From assembly GCA_041394325.1 (NCBI GenBank), contig JAWKIJ010000001.1, positions 1,381,096 to 1,445,095 on the forward strand: 64,000 nucleotides of DNA, in the 5' to 3' direction. Positions 9,526 to 17,668 of the stretch are shown here, one piece after another. Position 1 is the first letter of the stretch; each line of letters opens with the position of its first letter. Source of the DNA: Microthrixaceae bacterium. GTDB lineage: Bacteria > Actinomycetota > Acidimicrobiia > Acidimicrobiales > Microtrichaceae. The notes below the pieces were generated by a model, which was given only the letters and a program-made list of their open reading frames with translations, made no database searches and was not told the DNA's origin. A program made the position numbers and the translations under genes.

Positions 9526-10644
9526 TCAGTCGAACGTGATGACGCCGCGGATGTTCTTGCCGTCGCGCATGTCCTGGTAGCCCTCGTTCACCTGGTCGAG
9601 GGTGTAGGTCCTGGTGACGAGTTCGTCGAGCTTCAGCTTGCCGTCGCGGTACAGGTTCAGGAGGGCCGGGATGTCGACGCGGGGGTTGCCGGATCCGAAC
9701 AGGCAGCCCTTCAGTTCCTTGTTGAGCATCGTGAACATGAACGGGTTCATGGTCACCTCGTTGTCGAGCATGTTCGCCACCGCGGTCATCACACAGGTGC
9801 CGCCCTTGGCGGTGATGGTGAGGGCCGGTTCGACCATGTCGCCCTTCATCACACCGGGGGTGAGGATGACCTTGTCGCACATCTCGCCCCAGGTGAGCGC
9901 ACCGATCTCGCCGATGGCCTCCTCGGTGGACGCGAATGTGTGCGTCGCCCCGAACTCCATCGCCTTCTCCCGCTTGAACTCGACGGGGTCGATGGCGATG
10001 ACGCGCCGGGCACCCGACAGTGCGGCACCCTGGATGGCGTTCATACCGAGTCCACCACAACCGATGACCGCGACGGTGTCGCCGGCTTTCACCTCGGCGC
10101 GGTGCACCGCGGACCCGTAGCCGGTGGCGACGCCGCACGACACGAGGGCCACCGCGTTCCACGGCAGGTCGGGGTCGACCTTGACCACGGCCGCCTCGGC
10201 CACGAGGAGGTGCTCGGCGAACGTGCCGAGCTGGCACATGCGGGCGAGGTCCCGGTCACCCACGTGATGGGCGACCCGACCGTCGGTCATCATGCCGAGG
10301 TCGAAGAGCTTGGCGCCGAGGTCGCACAGGTTGGAATGGCCCGACACGCACCACTTGCAGCGGCCGCACGACGGGATGAACGACATCGACACGTGGTCGC
10401 CCGGAGCGACCGACGTGACACCCGGGCCGACCGCGAGCACCTCGGCGGCACCCTCGTGGCCGCCGATGCACGGGAGGTGGGGCAGCAGCATGTCGCCGGT
10501 GACGGCGTGCTCGTCGGAGTGGCACATCCCCGCGGCCTTGGTCTGCAGGAGCACCTCGCCGGGACCGGGATCGTCGATGGTGACGTCCTCGATCTTCCAC
10601 GGCTCGTTGAGCCCCCACAACACCGCGGCACGTGACTGCACCAT
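9526..10644 (-). CDS. zinc-type alcohol dehydrogenase, probably the NDMA-dependent / mycofactocin-linked subfamily
   Basis: ORF 9526-10644. N-terminus SRAAVLWGLNEPWKIEDV, zinc ligands GMCHSDEH and CGRCKWC, Rossmann motif GCGGLG. Confidence 0.85.
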   Translation of the reverse strand: MVQSRAAVLWGLNEPWKIEDVTIDDPGPGEVLLQTKAAGMCHSDEHAVTGDMLLPHLPCIGGHEGAAEVLAVGPGVTSVAPGDHVSMSFIPSCGRCKWCVSGHSNLCDLGAKLFDLGMMTDGRVAHHVGDRDLARMCQLGTFAEHLLVAEAAVVKVDPDLPWNAVALVSCGVATGYGSAVHRAEVKAGDTVAVIGCGGLGMNAIQGAALSGARRVIAIDPVEFKREKAMEFGATHTFASTEEAIGEIGALTWGEMCDKVILTPGVMKGDMVEPALTITAKGGTCVMTAVANMLDNEVTMNPFMFTMLNKELKGCLFGSGNPRVDIPALLNLYRDGKLKLDELVTRTYTLDQVNEGYQDMRDGKNIRGVITFD

Positions 10645-10732
10645 CGTCGACCCCCTGGTCTGCCATCGGGCGTCGGTCAGCCCGTCTGTGCGACAGTTCT
10701 ACTACCGGTACCGGCGGTGGCACGATACGAGG

Positions 10733-11812
10733 ATGCAAGCGGAGCCGGCTTCGCCCCACGACGACCTCGACGGGGAGCAGATCCGTCGCATCCACAGGAT
10801 CGTCGGGCTGGCGCCTCCGACGCTGCGCCGCGACGACGTCGCCGCCAGAGGTGGCGTCGACCTCGACTCGATCATGCACTGGTGGAGGGCGATGGGCTTC
10901 CCCGAGGTGGACGAGTCGACCGTCATGTTCAACGCGGCCGACGTCGACATGGTGGCCCGATTGGTGGAGTATCTCGAGGCGGGGCTCTTCACCGACGAGG
11001 GGATCCTGCGCGTGACCCGGCTGTTGGGCGCGTCGATGCAGCGGATCGCCGAGTCCCAGGTGGAGTCCGCAGTGGACTTCGTCGATCGTGCGGTCGAGCC
11101 GGGCGTCGATACGGACGGCGACGACCCGATCGTCGACCTCCTGGGTGACGGCGCGCTCGCGTTGATACCGATGATGGAGAGTGCGCTGCTGTACGTGTGG
11201 CGACGACATCTGCTGGCGGCGATCGGTCACCGACTCAGCGCGCCGATGGACTCGCCCGATCGGGCGGTGGGGTTCGCGGACCTGTCCGGGTTCACCAAGT
11301 TGTCCAAGCAACTCTCGCCGGACGATCTCGCCTCCCTGGTCGACGCGTTCGAGGCCACCGCGTTCGACGTGGCCAGCGGCCTGGACGCACGGGTGGTGAA
11401 GTTGATCGGTGACGAGGTGATGTTCGTCGCGGCGGATCTGCCCACTGCGGCGAGGGTCGCCCTGATCCTGGGCGAGCAACTCGCGAGGATTCCCGACATG
11501 CCCCCGGTCCACTGCGGTCTCGCCTTCGGCCCCACCGTCAACGTCGGCGGCGACGTCTTCGGCAACACCGTCAACCTCGCCGCCCGCCTGACCACCATCG
11601 CGAGGCGCGGTTCGGTGGTGATCCCGCGGTCGCAGGCGGTGCTGTTGGCCGACCAGGCCGACCTGACGGTGCGCACGATGCGCCGGGTGCAGTTCCTGAA
11701 GGGGATCGGCGACACCGCGACGTCGGTCGTCCGCCTCGCCGAGCCACCCCCCGGACCGGATCCGGTCGACCCGGACGGGGATCCGCGGACGAGCGAACCG
11801 GTCGGGGCGTAA
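10733..11812 (+). CDS. class III adenylate/guanylate cyclase
   Basis: Tail of ORF 10292-11812 from ATG 10733. Motifs VGFADLSGFTKLS, KLIGDEVMFV and GDVFGNTVNLAARL. Confidence 0.8.
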   Translation: MQAEPASPHDDLDGEQIRRIHRIVGLAPPTLRRDDVAARGGVDLDSIMHWWRAMGFPEVDESTVMFNAADVDMVARLVEYLEAGLFTDEGILRVTRLLGASMQRIAESQVESAVDFVDRAVEPGVDTDGDDPIVDLLGDGALALIPMMESALLYVWRRHLLAAIGHRLSAPMDSPDRAVGFADLSGFTKLSKQLSPDDLASLVDAFEATAFDVASGLDARVVKLIGDEVMFVAADLPTAARVALILGEQLARIPDMPPVHCGLAFGPTVNVGGDVFGNTVNLAARLTTIARRGSVVIPRSQAVLLADQADLTVRTMRRVQFLKGIGDTATSVVRLAEPPPGPDPVDPDGDPRTSEPVGA

Positions 11813-11822
11813 GGTCCGCTCC

Positions 11823-13190
11823 ATGTCGGGCACGCTCGCCAACTTCGACCCGCACAACAAGACGTCGACCTTCGTGCACGATCGTGCACACGTGTTCCAC
11901 TCGTGGTCCGCGCAGGCGCACATCAACCCCCTGCCGGTGGCCGGCGCGGAGGGATCGTGGTTCTGGGACTACGACGGCAACCGCTACCTCGACTTCTCCT
12001 CGCAGTTGATGAACGTCAACGTCGGCCATCAACACCCGGTGCTGGTGGCCGCCATCCAGGAGGCCGCCGGCCGCTTGTGCACGATCGCGCCGTTCCACGC
12101 CAATGCCGATCGCTCCGAGGCGGCACGGCGGATCGCGGATGTGGCGCCGGCGGGGCTCGACAAGGTGTTCTTCACCAACGGGGGGGCGGAGGCCACCGAG
12201 AACGCGATCCGGATGGCCCGCCGACACACCGGCCGCCACAAGGTGTTGGCCGCCTATCGCAGCTATCACGGCGCCACCCACGGGGCCATCTCGGCGACGG
12301 GCGACCCACGCCGTTGGGCCTCGGAACCCGCGATCCCGGGGATCGTGCGATTCCTCGGACCCTACCCGTACCGGTCGTCGTTCCACGCGACCTCGACCAC
12401 CCAGGAATGCGAGCGCGCGCTGGCCCACCTCGACGAGTTGGTGATGTTCGAGGGCGCCCACACGATCGCAGCGATCATCCTCGAACCCGTCGTGGGCACC
12501 AATGGCGTCCTCGTACCGCCCGACGGCTATCTGGCCGGAGTGCGGGAACTCTGCGACCGTCACGGCATCGTGATGATCGCCGACGAGGTGATGGCGGGGT
12601 TCGGGCGGTGCGGGCAGTGGTTCGCCGCCGACCACTGGGGGGTGGTCCCCGATCTGATCTGCTTCGCCAAGGGGGTCAACTCCGGGTACGTACCGCTGGG
12701 CGGGGTGATCATCGGAGAGGAGATCGCCGCGACGTTCGACGACGCGGTGTATCCGGGTGGGCTCACGTACTCGGGTCATCCACTCGCGTGCGCGGCGGCG
12801 GTCGCGTCGATCCAGGTGTTCCACGACGACGACGTGTGCGGACGGGCGCGGCGGTTGGGCGAGGAGGTGTTGGGACCCGGCTTGGCCGCGATCGCCGAAC
12901 GTCACCCCGCGGTCGGCGAGGTCCGGGGTTTGGGTGCTCTGTGGGCGGTCGAGTTGGTCCGTGACCCTCGAACGCGCGAGATGCTGGTGCCGTTCAACGC
13001 GACGGGTGACGCGGCGAAGCCCATGGCCGAGATCGCCGCGGCGTGCCGGGCCGAGGGTGTGTGGGTCTTCACCCACTTCAACCGGGTGCACGTCGCCCCG
13101 CCGTGCAACATCGACGACACCGATGCCCGGACCGGCCTCGCCGTGTTGGACCGGGCGCTCACGATCGCGGACTCCCTCGTCGGCCGCTGA
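11823..13190 (+). CDS. class III PLP-dependent aminotransferase (omega-aminotransferase type)
   Basis: ORF 11823-13190. Motifs FTNGGAEATENAIRMAR, DEVMAGFGRCGQWF and FAKGVNSGYVPLG. Confidence 0.9.
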   Translation: MSGTLANFDPHNKTSTFVHDRAHVFHSWSAQAHINPLPVAGAEGSWFWDYDGNRYLDFSSQLMNVNVGHQHPVLVAAIQEAAGRLCTIAPFHANADRSEAARRIADVAPAGLDKVFFTNGGAEATENAIRMARRHTGRHKVLAAYRSYHGATHGAISATGDPRRWASEPAIPGIVRFLGPYPYRSSFHATSTTQECERALAHLDELVMFEGAHTIAAIILEPVVGTNGVLVPPDGYLAGVRELCDRHGIVMIADEVMAGFGRCGQWFAADHWGVVPDLICFAKGVNSGYVPLGGVIIGEEIAATFDDAVYPGGLTYSGHPLACAAAVASIQVFHDDDVCGRARRLGEEVLGPGLAAIAERHPAVGEVRGLGALWAVELVRDPRTREMLVPFNATGDAAKPMAEIAAACRAEGVWVFTHFNRVHVAPPCNIDDTDARTGLAVLDRALTIADSLVGR

Positions 13191-13218
13191 GATCTACGCT
13201 CGGGCGTGGAGGTGCTTC

Positions 13219-13659
13219 ATGAAGAACGACACGGTCGTGGAGACGGGTGCCTGGCTGTTGGAGCACGGCCATCGCCTGCTGTTGAAGGTCAGCGGCGGAC
13301 GGTTCCCCCGGCGTGTCCTGGGGATGCAACCGGTCGAACTGTTCACCACCGGCCGGAAGTCGGGGCTCCGCCGCGGCACCATGCTCACCGCTCCGGTCGT
13401 GGAGGGCGAGCGGGTGATCCTCGTCGCGTCCAAGGGTGGTCACAGCAGCAATCCGGCCTGGTATCTCAACCTCGTCGCGAACCCCGAGGTCGACCTCACG
13501 ATGGGTGGCACCGAACGGGCCATGCTCGCACGCACGGCGACCCCCGAGGAGAAGGCCGAGCTGTGGCCTCGTATCGTGAGGTCCTACAAGGGCTACGCCG
13601 CGTACCAGAGGAGCACCGACCGTGACATCCCCGTGGTGATCTGCGAACCGCGCCCCTGA
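13219..13659 (+). CDS. deazaflavin (F420)-dependent nitroreductase-family oxidoreductase (Ddn-like)
   Basis: Tail of ORF 12757-13659 from ATG 13219. Reads MKNDTVVETGAWLLEHGH...TTGRKSGLRR...GGHSSNPAWYLNL...EEKAELWPRIV. Confidence 0.8.
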   Translation: MKNDTVVETGAWLLEHGHRLLLKVSGGRFPRRVLGMQPVELFTTGRKSGLRRGTMLTAPVVEGERVILVASKGGHSSNPAWYLNLVANPEVDLTMGGTERAMLARTATPEEKAELWPRIVRSYKGYAAYQRSTDRDIPVVICEPRP

Positions 13660-13867
13660 GGGGCGTCGCGCCACAGGGCCGGTCCGACGAGGGCCTTGTT
13701 CCGTTGCCGCAGTGTGGGGCCGGGCTTTCGTTTGGAGGCTGCCGGGAACGCGATGACCCGGCAGGACATGGTCGGAAGCGTTCCCGTCGACGACGGGCGA
13801 GCCGGTACCGTGTCGTGCGGCATCGACCCGGCCGGGTCGGCCGTCCCTCACCCGATAGGAGCCACCC

Positions 13868-14044
13868 ATGAGCCTCGACATCGTCGACCGGAACTCCGAC
13901 ATCGTCGACCACGACCCCGCCGCCGTCATCGCCGACGGACCGTCGCTCGGGGCGGACGACGCGACCGCTGTCGACGGCACCTTCGTCGAGGACGAGTTCC
14001 TCGTCGAGGAGATCTCCATCGACGGGATGTGCGGGGTCTACTGA
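13868..14044 (+). CDS. mftA: mycofactocin precursor peptide MftA (58 aa, not in ORF track)
   Basis: ATG 13868 with AGGAG 6 nt upstream. Translation is MSLDIVDRNSDIVDHDPAAVIADGPSLGADDATAVDGTFVEDEFLVEEISIDGMCGVY, ending in the MftA signature IDGMCGVY. It sits immediately upstream of mftB and mftC. Confidence 0.9.
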   Translation: MSLDIVDRNSDIVDHDPAAVIADGPSLGADDATAVDGTFVEDEFLVEEISIDGMCGVY

Positions 14045-14088
14045 GCCGTTCGACGCCGCGCACCCCGGCCAACAACGATCGGACCCCG

Positions 14089-14379
14089 ATGTCGATCCTG
14101 CTCGACGACGCCTACGAGCTACACCCACAGGTCTCGCTCCGCGACGAGCCGTTCGGCGCGCTTGCCTACCACTTCGGCAACCGTCGCCTCAGCTTCCTTC
14201 GCTCCCACGAGATGGTCCGTGTCGTCACCGAGCTCGCCGACTCGCCCGACGTCACGACCGCCTTCGACCGGGCGGGGATCGAAACGGCGCGCCGTCCCTC
14301 GTTCGTGCGGGCACTCGAGCGCCTGGCCGCGGGTGACATGATCCGGCCGCGCCGGGCCGACACCGCGGAGCCGGCGTGA
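14089..14379 (+). CDS. mftB: mycofactocin biosynthesis chaperone MftB
   Basis: Tail of ORF 13696-14379 from ATG 14089. Reads MSILLDDAYELHPQVSLRDEPFGALAYHFGNRRLSFL (PqqD/RRE-like). The stop overlaps the mftC start. Confidence 0.85.
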   Translation: MSILLDDAYELHPQVSLRDEPFGALAYHFGNRRLSFLRSHEMVRVVTELADSPDVTTAFDRAGIETARRPSFVRALERLAAGDMIRPRRADTAEPA

Positions 14380-15605
14380 TGACGGTGGCCGTCGGGTCGG
14401 TACCGGTGGAGCCCACCTCCCGTTCCACCCGTCGTGAAGGTGCGCCGGTGCATTCGGTGCAGCCACCCGCGCCGCGTCGGTCGACGCTGGTCGAGGACAT
14501 GAAGCGAGGTCTCGACGCGCCGATCTGTCTCACGTGGGAGCTGACCTACGCATGCAACCTGGCGTGTACGCACTGCCTCAGCTCGTCGGGCCGACGCGAT
14601 CCCCGCGAGCTCGACACCGACGAGTGCCTCGCATTGATCGACGACCTGGAGCGGATGCAGGTCTTCTACGTCAACCTCGGTGGTGGCGAGCCGATGCTGC
14701 GGCGCGACTTCTTCGACATCGTCGAATACGCGACCGCTCACCGGGTGGGGGTGAAGTTCTCGACCAATGGCACTTACCTCGACGCCGCCAACGCGGCGCG
14801 CCTCGCGTCGATGGACTACCTCGACGTGCAGGTCTCCATCGACGGTGCCGACGCTTCGGTCAACGACGCGGTGCGCGGCACCGGCTCGTTCGCGGCGGCC
14901 CGCACTGCGATGGAGCACCTCGCGAACGCGGCGTTCGGACCGTTCAAGATCAGCATCGTGGCGACGCGCCACAACGTCGACCAACTCGACGCGTTCAAGG
15001 CCATCGCCGACTCCTACGGTGCCCAACTCCGGATCACCCGCCTGCGGCCGTCGGGGCGCGGTGCGGGCACGTGGAACGAGTTGCATCCCACCGCGGAGCA
15101 GCAACGCCGCCTGTACGACTGGCTCATCGACCGCCCCGACGTGTTGACGGGTGACTCCTTCTTCCACCTGTCCGCCTTCGGCGAGGCGCTCCCCGGTCTC
15201 AACCTGTGTGGCGCCGGCCGGGTGGTGTGCCTGATCGACCCGGTCGGCGACGTCTACGCGTGCCCCTTCGTCATCCACGACGAGTTCCTCGCCGGCAACG
15301 TCCGTGGTCCCGGGGGATTCGCGGCGGTGTGGCGAGAGTCGGACCTGTTCCGCGAGCTGCGCGAACCGACCTCGGCCGGTGCGTGCGCCTCCTGTGGCAG
15401 CTACGACGCGTGTCAGGGCGGCTGCATGGCCTCCAAGTTCTTCGTGGGCCTCGACCGCTCCGACCCCGACCCCGAATGTGTGCACGGCCACGCCGAGGGT
15501 CTGCTCGCCACCGTCGACCCGTCGAAGGTGCCCGTCTCCGGTGTCGACCATTCGCGTCCGGCGGCCGTCGCGGTGTCGATCGGCTCGGCCCCTCCGAACC
15601 GGTGA
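14376..15605 (+). CDS. mftC: mycofactocin radical SAM maturase MftC
   Basis: ORF 14376-15605. DAPICLTWELTYACNLACTHC (CxxxCxxC cluster) and SPASM cysteines (CGAGRVVCLIDPVGDVYACPF, CASCGSYDACQGGC). Confidence 0.95.
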   Translation: MMTVAVGSVPVEPTSRSTRREGAPVHSVQPPAPRRSTLVEDMKRGLDAPICLTWELTYACNLACTHCLSSSGRRDPRELDTDECLALIDDLERMQVFYVNLGGGEPMLRRDFFDIVEYATAHRVGVKFSTNGTYLDAANAARLASMDYLDVQVSIDGADASVNDAVRGTGSFAAARTAMEHLANAAFGPFKISIVATRHNVDQLDAFKAIADSYGAQLRITRLRPSGRGAGTWNELHPTAEQQRRLYDWLIDRPDVLTGDSFFHLSAFGEALPGLNLCGAGRVVCLIDPVGDVYACPFVIHDEFLAGNVRGPGGFAAVWRESDLFRELREPTSAGACASCGSYDACQGGCMASKFFVGLDRSDPDPECVHGHAEGLLATVDPSKVPVSGVDHSRPAAVAVSIGSAPPNR

Positions 15606-17668
15606 AACTCGTCGAGCCGATCGTCGTCGGTTCGCGCACGGCGCCGAGCCGTGTGCTGTTCGGTCCTCACGAGACGAACCTCGGCGACGGCCGATCCATT
15701 GGCGAACGCCACGCCGCGTACTACGGGCGCCGTGCCGCGGGCGGTGCGGGGGTGATCGTCACCGAGATCGCGTCGGTTCACCCGAGCGACTGGCCCTACG
15801 AGCGTGCGCCGCTCGCCACCGAGTGTCGGCAGGGTTGGGCCGCGGTGGTGCGGGAGTGCCGTCCCCACGGTGCGCTCGTGATCGCCGGGTTGGGCCACGC
15901 AGGGGGTCAGGGCTCGAGCGCGTACAGCCAACGCGAGCTCTGGGCGCCGTCGGGTGTCCCCGAGGTCAACACCCGTGAGGTGCCCAAGGTGATGGAGGAC
16001 GACGACATCGCCGCGGTCATCGCCGGTTTCGCCGAGGGGGCGGCCGCCGCGATCGCGGCGGGATGTGACGGCGTGGAGCTCAACGCGGGGCAGCACTCGC
16101 TGATCCGCCAGTTCCTGTCGGGCCTCACGAACCAGCGCGGCGACGGCTGGGCGGACCGCACCCGCTTCGCCGAGGAGGTGCTCGCCGCGACCGTCACCGC
16201 GGCCCGGGCGGTCGATCCCGCCGCCGTGGTCGGGCTGCGGCTGAGCGGCGACGAACTGGCTCCGTGGGCGGGGATCACCCCCGATGACGCCCCCCCGCTG
16301 GCGGCGACGCTCGCCCGCCACATCGACTACCTGGTGGTCGTCCGGGGATCGATCTTCTCGGTACCCGCCACGCGCCCCGACTCCCACGTCGAGACGGGCT
16401 TCAACCTCGCATTGTGCGGTTCGATCCGCGACGCCGTTCGAGCCGGGCACGGCGACCGGGTCGCGGTCTTCGCACAGGGCTCGATCGTCGAGGTCGCCCA
16501 GGCCGAGGCCGCGATCGTCGAGGGGGTCTGCGACGGCGTCGAGATGACCCGGGCCCAACTCGCCGACGCCTCGCTCGTGGCCAAGGTCCGCGCCGGCCGG
16601 GCCGATCGGGTGCGGCCCTGTGTGCTGTGCAACCAGACGTGCATGGTGCGCGATGCACGCAATCCGGTGGTCACCTGCGTGGTCGATCCTCGGACCGGAC
16701 ACGAACGCCGCGACCCCGAGGTGGACCCGGCGGTGTCTTCGTCGTCGCCGGTCGATCGGCGATCGGCCGACGGTGCGCCGGTCGTCGTGGTGGGTGCAGG
16801 TGTCGCCGGGCTCGAGGCGGCGCGCGTCGCCGCTATTCGAGGCCATCGGGTGACGGTCCTGGAACGCTCGGCCCACCCCGGAGGGATGGTGCGTGTCGCG
16901 TCGGCCGGCTCGGGGCGTGCCCGCCTGGCCGTGTTCGTCGACTGGCTGGTGGGCGAATGCGAGAATCTCGGGGTCGAGTTCCGCTACCACACCTCGCTCG
17001 ACCGGGCCGAGGACGTCCCGCCCGGTTCGGCGGTCGTGGTGGCCACCGGATCGACCGAGGGGCTCGCCGACTACACCCGCACGAAGGCGGCCGTCGTGCT
17101 CGGGCCCGCGGCGGTGCTCGACGCGCTCGAAGAAGCGGCAATACCGGCCGGTCGTGTACTGGTGTGGGACCCGATCGGCGGACCGATCGGCGTCTCGTCG
17201 GCCGAGACGCTGGCCGAAAGGGGGCGCGACGTCGTGCTGGCGACCCCGGACCAGTTGGCGGGCAACGAGTTGAGCCGTACGGGGGACCTGGCACCGGCGA
17301 ACGGCCGACTCCAACAGCGGGGGATCGTGATCGAACGGCGCGTGGTGCTGCGGGCGGTCCGCAAGGGCAGTGCCGAAGTCGAGGACCGGTTCTCGGGCCG
17401 GCGACGGACCATCCGGTGTGCGGTGGTGGTCGACGCGGGCCACCGGCTCCCCGACGACGCGTTGTTCCACACGCTCGCCGGCGAGGGTGGCGACAGTCGT
17501 CAGGACGCGTTCGTCGTGCGGGCGGGCGACTCGGTGGCCCCGCGCACCATCCTCGAGGCGGTGCGCGAAGGGCGCGCCGCGGCCATCGCGCTCGACGGGG
17601 GGATCCGGCTCAGTGACGGGGTGCCGATGGGCACCGGCGCCATACCCGGAGTGGGGATGACGCGGTGA
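15602..17668 (+). CDS. FadH/OYE-family flavin oxidoreductase (2,4-dienoyl-CoA reductase-like), mycofactocin-system type 1
   Basis: Tail of ORF 15206-17668 from GTG 15602, which overlaps the mftC stop. It has an OYE/FMN barrel, a CVLCNQTC iron-sulfur motif and a VVGAGVAGLEAA dinucleotide fold. Length 688 aa. Confidence 0.85.
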   Translation: MKLVEPIVVGSRTAPSRVLFGPHETNLGDGRSIGERHAAYYGRRAAGGAGVIVTEIASVHPSDWPYERAPLATECRQGWAAVVRECRPHGALVIAGLGHAGGQGSSAYSQRELWAPSGVPEVNTREVPKVMEDDDIAAVIAGFAEGAAAAIAAGCDGVELNAGQHSLIRQFLSGLTNQRGDGWADRTRFAEEVLAATVTAARAVDPAAVVGLRLSGDELAPWAGITPDDAPPLAATLARHIDYLVVVRGSIFSVPATRPDSHVETGFNLALCGSIRDAVRAGHGDRVAVFAQGSIVEVAQAEAAIVEGVCDGVEMTRAQLADASLVAKVRAGRADRVRPCVLCNQTCMVRDARNPVVTCVVDPRTGHERRDPEVDPAVSSSSPVDRRSADGAPVVVVGAGVAGLEAARVAAIRGHRVTVLERSAHPGGMVRVASAGSGRARLAVFVDWLVGECENLGVEFRYHTSLDRAEDVPPGSAVVVATGSTEGLADYTRTKAAVVLGPAAVLDALEEAAIPAGRVLVWDPIGGPIGVSSAETLAERGRDVVLATPDQLAGNELSRTGDLAPANGRLQQRGIVIERRVVLRAVRKGSAEVEDRFSGRRRTIRCAVVVDAGHRLPDDALFHTLAGEGGDSRQDAFVVRAGDSVAPRTILEAVREGRAAAIALDGGIRLSDGVPMGTGAIPGVGMTR

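Noticed and set aside
8723-10237. 504-aa minus-strand ORF, extremely Arg/Pro/Gly-rich.
   Set aside because: It is out of frame over the firm, same-strand MoxR and ADH genes. Its composition is typical of shadow ORFs in about 70% GC DNA, and it has no family-like motifs.
15413-17470. 685-aa minus-strand ORF opposite FadH/OYE-1. The same reasoning applies to 10256-11926, 22660-24123, 28970-30298, 32162-33571, 44259-45779, 46722-48338 and 49203-51290.
   Set aside because: All are shadow ORFs, either antisense or off-frame relative to firm genes. They have Arg/Gly/Pro-dominated composition and no recognisable domains.
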